Positions 26,896 to 32,000 of a DNA stretch of 32,000 bases are shown piece by piece. This DNA comes from an uncultured Acidobacteriota bacterium (lineage in GTDB: Bacteria; Acidobacteriota; Terriglobia; Terriglobales; Acidobacteriaceae). The DNA is taken from positions 955,558 to 987,557 of the forward strand of contig CAVOKO010000012.1 in assembly GCA_963696525.1 (NCBI GenBank). Reading direction: 5' to 3'. Each line of letters opens with the position of its first letter. The first letter of the stretch is position 1. The notes beneath the pieces are model-generated. The model was not told the origin of the DNA. It saw nothing but the letters and a program-made list of their open reading frames with translations, and ran no database searches. Both the position numbers and the translations under genes were made by a program.

Positions 26896-27831
26896 TTATT
26901 TGCCCGCCGATTGCGTTGCCGGACGCGTGATCGCCTCCCGCACTCGGGCCAGAGGCGCGTTTGCCGCGAAATCGACGCCGCCGTTCCGGTCGCGCTTTAC
27001 GCCCAGCCGGTTCCAAAGCGAAGGCAAGTCGACCGGGTAGGGCTCGTCTCGCATTTGCCGGTAGAGGTTTTCCAGAACGCGGGTGCCAGTCGCCTTATCG
27101 CCAATGGTGAGCGCCCGTTCAATCGGCCAATCCTCGGTGATCACCCCGCCTTGGCGCAGAATAGCCCGCAGTGCATCTTGAAGCCCCATGCGATTGCCTG
27201 TCTGCTCCCTGATCCGCACATCGGCGAGCAGGCAGAAGAGCGCTCCACCCCAGTAGGTGCGGCCCCAGGTGTGGGTTTGGTCCAGACCGCGATCACCCGG
27301 TTGCGGTTCGCCCTGCGGCATGTCGCGGACCAGGTTGCGCCACATCTCGGCAGCCGGCAGTTGGCCCGCCTGTACTCTTGCCACCGGCTCAACGTATGTG
27401 GCAATGCCTTCTTCGATCCAATGGTGGCTGTCGGCCATCGATGGGAAGGCAAGATGGATCATCTCGTGCGTCAGCATCCAGTCCTGCTTCAGATCGGCGA
27501 CCGTAGTCCGCGGACCCACCGAGATGCGAGTAAAGCCCTCGCCGCGAGGAAACGTCGTGCCGCTGTGAACCCCAGGACGCCCATCCATTTTCACCAGCAG
27601 CGAGTAGTGCCGAACCGGAAACTCACCGTAATAGCCGCAGACTGCGGTGGCGGCCGAGTTGATCCAGTTCAGCAGATCGCCGCGGAAAACGAATTCGGCC
27701 TCGCCGCGAAACTCGACGTCAATTCTGGCCTGGCAGATAGTCACCGTGGTGGAAGTGTCGGAAGCACGGGCGCATGCCGGCAGAAGAACAAGCGCAAGCC
27801 AGCAGGCAAATGAGAAACGGCGAGTCCACAT
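26896..27831 (-). CDS. secreted or lipoprotein zinc metallopeptidase, HExxH...E (gluzincin, M61/M1-like core)
   Basis: ATG 27831 gives MWTRRFSFACWLALVLLPACARA (signal peptide with a possible lipobox Cys). Active-site-like LTHEMIHLAFPSMADSHHWIEEGIATY. Family assignment is approximate. Confidence 0.65.
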   Translation of the reverse strand: MWTRRFSFACWLALVLLPACARASDTSTTVTICQARIDVEFRGEAEFVFRGDLLNWINSAATAVCGYYGEFPVRHYSLLVKMDGRPGVHSGTTFPRGEGFTRISVGPRTTVADLKQDWMLTHEMIHLAFPSMADSHHWIEEGIATYVEPVARVQAGQLPAAEMWRNLVRDMPQGEPQPGDRGLDQTHTWGRTYWGGALFCLLADVRIREQTGNRMGLQDALRAILRQGGVITEDWPIERALTIGDKATGTRVLENLYRQMRDEPYPVDLPSLWNRLGVKRDRNGGVDFAANAPLARVREAITRPATQSAGK

Positions 27832-28046
27832 ATCGGTGATCCAATTTCGCAAAGTTATACCCCGCGAAGCGGTTCGGAAATTTTCCAAGAGCCGTGCCAG
27901 TCACACTGCATCCTTCGCTTCTGTCATCGTGAGGAGGTTTGCCGGCATCGGGGTCCCCGGCGAGGCTGGGCTCGCTGGGGTGATTAGGCGTGACGATCTA
28001 TGCATTTCACGAAGCGCCCCCGAAAAATACATGGACCCTCACGTCA

Positions 28047-28135
28047 CGTCCTAACGGACGCTCCTCAGGGTGACACGATTGGATAATCACTCTTGGGATA
28101 CATTGGGACCCAGCCATGACGCCGCTCCAATATCC
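28047..28135. repeat. intergenic element copy 2: hairpin A, conserved core, hairpin B
   Basis: Hairpin A is CGTCCtaacGGACG (28047-28060). The core is TCCTCAGGGTGACACGATTGGATAATCACTCTTGGGATACA (28062-28102). Hairpin B is GGATAcaTTGG (28096-28106) paired with CCAATATCC (28127-28135). Same orientation as copy 1. Confidence 0.55.
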
Positions 28136-28428
28136 GAAACCAACCCAGCAATTCGATGCCGATACCAAGCCGGAAGCAGCGATTCGGCAGCCGCAGTTGT
28201 GTAAAACGGCAAGGGCGGAGAAACGCTAGGTGAGCGCCTGGTCTGGAACACGAGTCAGCTGTCTGTGCTCGATTTCCAGTTAACGCGTTTTGCACCGGAA
28301 GGATGCCGGATTACAATCAGTGCAGCTAATCAGGATCGGGCGGGGTCGCCGGCACGCGCCGTGGCTGCGGATGTTGGGGCGGAAATCCCATCAACTAAAC
28401 GGAACGAGAATCCCATAACTCTGACTTC

Positions 28429-29223
28429 ATGATGACCAACCATACTCCTCCATTGATTGAACTGCGCAACGTCTCCGTCGCCCGCAGTGGCCGCGTGGTG
28501 TTGCACGACCTGAACTTACGCATCGAAGCCGGCGAGCACGTCGCCATCATGGGTCCCAACGGCTCTGGCAAATCGACGCTGATCAAAACCATCACGCGCG
28601 AGTTTTACCCGATGCAGGATGAGGGTTCCTCGATGAAGCTTTTCGGGCAGGAGACCTGGGATGTCTCCGAACTGCGCTCGCTGCTGGGAATCATGACCAA
28701 CGATTCGACCGGCTTTTACGTGCGTCCCATCACCGGGCGCGACGCCGTTCTCTCCGGATTTTTCAGCAGCGTTGGCCTGTGGCGGCACCAGAAGATCAAG
28801 CCCGCGATGGGCGAGAAGACCGATGAACTGATGGCCTGGCTGGAGATCGAGCATCTGGCCAAGCGGGTGATCGGCGAGATGTCGTCCGGCGAGGTTCGGC
28901 GGGTGATGATTGCCCGCGCCCTGGTTCACGAGCCGAAGGCCTTGCTGTTTGACGAGCCCAGCAACAGTCTCGACGTTTTCGCGCAAATCGAACTGCGGCG
29001 CACCATGAGCAAGCTGGCGCAATCCGGCATCGCCCTGCTGTTAATCACGCATCATCTGCCCGACGTTGTTCCCGAGATCGAGCGCGTCATCTTCATGCGC
29101 GATGGCCGCATTGTCGGCGATGGATCGAAGCCGGAGTTGCTGACCGCCGAGCGCCTGGCTTCTCTGTTCGGATGTCCGGTGCGCGTCACCACGCAAGACG
29201 GATACTACCACCTGGTTTCGTAA
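28429..29223 (+). CDS. ABC transporter ATP-binding protein (YlmA/ModF-like), no adjacent permease
   Basis: Walker [10 protein letters not shown], signature MSSGEVRRV, Walker [13 protein letters not shown]-loop ITHH. The flanking genes are unrelated and convergent or divergent. Confidence 0.85.
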   Translation: MMTNHTPPLIELRNVSVARSGRVVLHDLNLRIEAGEHVAIMGPNGSGKSTLIKTITREFYPMQDEGSSMKLFGQETWDVSELRSLLGIMTNDSTGFYVRPITGRDAVLSGFFSSVGLWRHQKIKPAMGEKTDELMAWLEIEHLAKRVIGEMSSGEVRRVMIARALVHEPKALLFDEPSNSLDVFAQIELRRTMSKLAQSGIALLLITHHLPDVVPEIERVIFMRDGRIVGDGSKPELLTAERLASLFGCPVRVTTQDGYYHLVS

Positions 29224-29228
29224 AGAAC

Positions 29229-29293
29229 GTTTCAAAGTTTCAAGTTTCAAATTGATGCGGTTGCGAAACTTTGAAACCTTGAAACTTTGAAAC
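29229..29293. terminator. long AT-rich hairpin built from GTTTCAA(A) repeats; probable bidirectional terminator between convergent genes
   Basis: GTTTCAAAGTTTCAAGTTTCAAA (29229-29251) pairs with TTTGAAACCTTGAAACTTTGAAAC (29270-29293): 23 bp with one bulged C and an 18-nt loop. It starts 6 nt after the ABC ATPase stop and ends 5 nt before the ADH stop. Confidence 0.55.
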
Positions 29294-29297
29294 TGCC

Positions 29298-30297
29298 TCA
29301 CGTGCAATCGAGCACCGCGGCGCCGCGGATAGCGTCGTTCTTCAGTGAATTCAGGGCGCGGTTCGCCTCGCGCAGAGGGTAGACCTGCACTTGGGTCTGG
29401 ATAGGAATCTCCGCCGCGATGCGGAGAAACTCCGCGCCGTCCTCGCGGGTATTGTTGGTCACGCTGCGAACCACGCGTTCCTGATAGAGCAGGTTGTAGT
29501 CGAGCGGCGGTATCGTGCTCATGTGGATTCCCCCGAGCGCCAGGACTCCGCCTTTGCGCAGGGCTTTCAGTGCCGCCGGAACGATCTCCCCAGCGGGCGC
29601 GAAGATGATTGCGCTGTCGAGTTTCACGGGAGGTTCCGCCGTCGTGCCGCCGGCCCAGACCGCTCCTGAGTTCGAGCGCGAGCTGCTGATGGCGCCGATC
29701 GCGCGTCGCCGCGTAGACTTCCACCCCCCAGTGGCGCGCCACCTGAATGGCTAGATGTGCGGCGGCGCCAAAGCCGTAAAGCCCCAGCTTGCCGCCAGGC
29801 TTGATCGCGGAAAGCCGGAGCGAACGGAAGCCGATGATGCCGGCGCAGAGTAGCGGCGCGGCTTGGTGGTCATGGAACGATTCGGGGATCGCGTAAATCC
29901 ATCCCTCGGGCGCAACGGCGTACTCCGCATAGCCACCGTCGACCGTGTAGCCGGTGAAAGCAGGCTGGTCGCACAGGTTCTCCAGCCCTCTCCGGCAGTA
30001 TTCGCAGACTTGGTCGGTATGGTGCAGCCACGCTATGCCTACTCGCGCGCCCACCTGGAAACGATGCGCCCCTTCGCCAAGTTCAGAGACCACGCCAACC
30101 ACCTGATGACCCGGAATGAGTGGAGACTTGAGGGGCGGCAACTCGCCTTCGATGACATGCAGGTCGGTGCGGCAGACCGCACAGGCGCGAACCCGGAGCA
30201 GCACTTCGCCTCTGCCCGGCCTAGGCGTGGCCGTATCGGTGAAGACCAGCGGATTGGTTTCAACTGGCGCTACCGCATGCAGCAGACAAGCCTTCAT
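29298..30297 (-). pseudogene. zinc-dependent alcohol dehydrogenase (MDR family), one apparent frameshift near 29667
   Basis: N-terminal piece: [50 protein letters not shown]. The frames join at ...QQLALEL / [36 protein letters not shown]...AAVLDCT*. ORFs 29041-30297 and 29298-29627 supply the two halves. Confidence 0.85.
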
Positions 30298-30351
30298 TCA
30301 GCACCAAGCGCAAAGCCAGGACAAAATATAGCGCACTCTGCCACGAAGCGC

Positions 30352-31047
30352 TCATTGCCGGGGGCTTTTCTCATCCTCGGTGTAAAGCTCGGGGAACAAC
30401 TTGCGCAAGGCAACCACCTTGGGCGCGTCGTTAAACATGATGTAGGGCTGGCTCGGATGATTCGCGGCATAGTTCTGGTGATAATCCTCTGCCGGATAGA
30501 AGGCCTCAAGAGGCGTGACCTGGGTGACTATGCGGCGCGGGAAAACGCTGGCCCGGTCGAGTTGAGCAATGTAGGCTTCGGCGACGCGCTTCTGTTCCTC
30601 GCCGTCATAGAAGATCGCCGAGCGGTACTGGGTTCCGCTGTCGGGACCTTGGCGGTTCAACTCGGTAGGATCGTGGGCCACGGAAAAGAAGATTCTGAGA
30701 ATCTGCCCATAGCTGATCTGCGCCGGATCGTAGGTAATCTTTACGGATTCCGCGTGGCCGGTATTGCCGCCACAAACCTTTTCATACTCGGCCGTCTGCG
30801 CGGAGCCGCCCGAGTAGCCGGAGACCGCACTGATTACGCCTTTGACGTGCTGGAATACGGCCTGTATGCCCCAGAAACAGCCTCCGGCCACGACGGCGGT
30901 CTGCTGGCCATGAGTGGAAGCCAGTCGAGCGTCCAGCTCGGCGGCGGGCAGGGCAGTGCTGGAGGCATTAGCCGTATTGCAGGCAATCACGCCGGCTATC
31001 GGCAGCATCAGTAACAAAACCGCAAGCGCAGACAGTGACATGGACAT
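30352..31047 (-). CDS. msrA: peptide-methionine (S)-S-oxide reductase with N-terminal signal peptide
   Basis: ATG 31047 is preceded by GGAG. MSMSLSALAVLLLMLPIAGVIA signal, then AVVAGGCFWGIQAVF, YSGG, GNTGHAESVKITYDP, DPTELNRQGPDSGTQYRSAIF. Confidence 0.9.
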   Translation of the reverse strand: MSMSLSALAVLLLMLPIAGVIACNTANASSTALPAAELDARLASTHGQQTAVVAGGCFWGIQAVFQHVKGVISAVSGYSGGSAQTAEYEKVCGGNTGHAESVKITYDPAQISYGQILRIFFSVAHDPTELNRQGPDSGTQYRSAIFYDGEEQKRVAEAYIAQLDRASVFPRRIVTQVTPLEAFYPAEDYHQNYAANHPSQPYIMFNDAPKVVALRKLFPELYTEDEKSPRQ

Positions 31048-31384
31048 AGACAACTCCAACCTTCTGGAAATCGAGCATGTGCGAATCAAGAATTCCGTCG
31101 TTATTTGGAGTCGAAAATTGGTTAAAGGGTGCAATTCTTTGAGCTAGCTCTCGCCCTAGCGCCGAACTGCGCAAACTTCCCGATCACTACCGCGTTGCAG
31201 AACCGACTCTACGCCGGGGTCCGAAGAACTGCCCCACCCTACCCAACGCCGGGGTAGGATGTGGCCACCGCCATAGGCTCGTGATTTGCGCCAGACGACT
31301 ATTAGCGCCGGAAGGCTTAATCAGGCGGCATTGGTATGCTTCACCGTCAGATCAGCTCAGAAAGATGAGTCCGCGAAGCCGGCG

Positions 31385-31780
31385 TTACGAAATCAAGCGA
31401 AGCGACTTCAACTTCGCGAGTAGCTTGGCCTTATCGATGGGCTTCATGAGGTACGCATCGCAGAGTCCTTTAAATGCCGTCATCACACTCCCAATATCAT
31501 CCAGGGCCGTAGTCATGACGACTTTGGCTGCATCGCTCGATAGAATGTCTGCGTCGTCTTCCAGCTTGCGAATCTGTCTGAGGGCTTCCTGGCCGTCCAT
31601 TTCAGGCATCATGATATCCATGCAGACGAGGTCATAGTGCTGCCCCTGCTCACGGGCGGCCCGAAAAGCCTTGACCGCCTCCTTGCCATTGACCGCGATG
31701 TGGCACTCCCCGTATGGAGTAAGCGATGCTTGCAATAAAAGCCGACTGACAAAGTCGTCTTCAACGATCAGCGTTTTCAT
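31385..31780 (-). CDS. single-domain CheY-like response regulator
   Basis: 131 aa: [13 protein letters not shown], phospho-acceptor context [15 protein letters not shown], conserved T (VMTTA) and K (LMKP). Confidence 0.9.
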   Translation of the reverse strand: MKTLIVEDDFVSRLLLQASLTPYGECHIAVNGKEAVKAFRAAREQGQHYDLVCMDIMMPEMDGQEALRQIRKLEDDADILSSDAAKVVMTTALDDIGSVMTAFKGLCDAYLMKPIDKAKLLAKLKSLRLIS

Positions 31781-32000
31781 CTTGGATCCTCCGGTTGTGG
31801 TTTCTGGCCATCTGAGCGTTCAAGACGGCTCTGAGCTGTTCGAATTGTTCTTCCATGCGAGGGAGCAGTTCTACTCCGCCCTTCAGATCATTCGCCAGGA
31901 TCGCTTCCTGCATGGCGTTCGCAGAATCACGCAAGCTGCCGGCGGACAATATGTCTGCCGCTCCCTTCATGGTGTGCACCTGGAGCCGCAGGCCTGGCAA
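31761..32000 (-). CDS. Hpt (histidine phosphotransfer) domain protein, C-terminal part (gene continues past the window end)
   Basis: [27 protein letters not shown] contains the H-x-x-KG Hpt phosphorylation motif. Its stop overlaps the response-regulator start by 20 nt. The 5' end is outside the window; the track's TTG start is an edge artefact. Confidence 0.7.
   Translation of the reverse strand: MPGLRLQVHTMKGAADILSAGSLRDSANAMQEAILANDLKGGVELLPRMEEQFEQLRAVLNAQMARNHNRRIQDENADR

Noticed and set aside
28065-28295. Coding explanation for the repeat (minus-strand peptide YPKSDYPIVSP* vs YPKSNYSSVSPFEE...)
   Set aside because: The two copies differ at first, second and third codon positions alike. 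One terminates right after the block while the other reads on. Upstream sequences are unrelated, and neither has a credible start or SD. Non-coding conservation plus hairpins fits better.
29863-31014. 383-aa plus-strand ORF
   Set aside because: It is antisense to the ADH 5' half and to msrA, both of which are strongly supported.
31229-31262. Hairpin CCTACCC-aacgccg-GGGTAGG in the msrA/response-regulator spacer
   Set aside because: It is a 7-bp stem with no U-tract on either strand, and it lies ~130 nt from the nearest stop codon. That is insufficient to call a terminator or an RNA element.

Overview
High-GC bacterial chromosomal segment. The protein sequences look Acidobacteriota-like to me, but I cannot verify that. 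The window is mostly amino-acid biosynthesis and housekeeping genes. Order, left to right: glyA (partial) and rpiB (-); a SnoaL-like gene; a YfgM-like TPR protein; a frameshifted YtxH-like gene; yceD-rpmF-plsX; a GT4 glycosyltransferase; a LysR regulator divergent from leuA(short form)-leuB-leuC-leuD; a more AT-rich DUF3592-like gene; a second SnoaL-like paralog; a decayed chimeric duplication remnant; a minus-strand aromatic operon (chorismate mutase-pheA-aroF-tyrA); divergent ilvD-ilvC; a possible RAYT-like remnant; a metallophosphoesterase, methyltransferase and aldehyde dehydrogenase; proA; a secreted HExxH peptidase; an orphan ABC ATPase; a Zn-alcohol dehydrogenase; msrA; and a CheY-like regulator with a partial Hpt gene. 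No rRNA, tRNA, CRISPR array, intact mobile element or recognisable defence system was found. Main observations: (1) An unlisted 39-codon Phe/Tyr-rich leader ORF with three mutually exclusive helices and an intrinsic terminator sits just upstream of the aromatic operon; it looks like a classical ribosome-mediated attenuator. (2) A ~40-nt conserved element flanked by two hairpins whose stems differ in sequence occurs in two divergent intergenic regions. (3) An old tandem duplication left a snoaL'::tyrA' chimeric pseudogene. (4) At least 16 apparent single-base frameshifts hit otherwise conserved genes, some in locally compensated clusters and several at short homopolymers, so assembly error must be excluded before calling pseudogenes. 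All calls come from reading translations and motifs by eye; no database search was possible.
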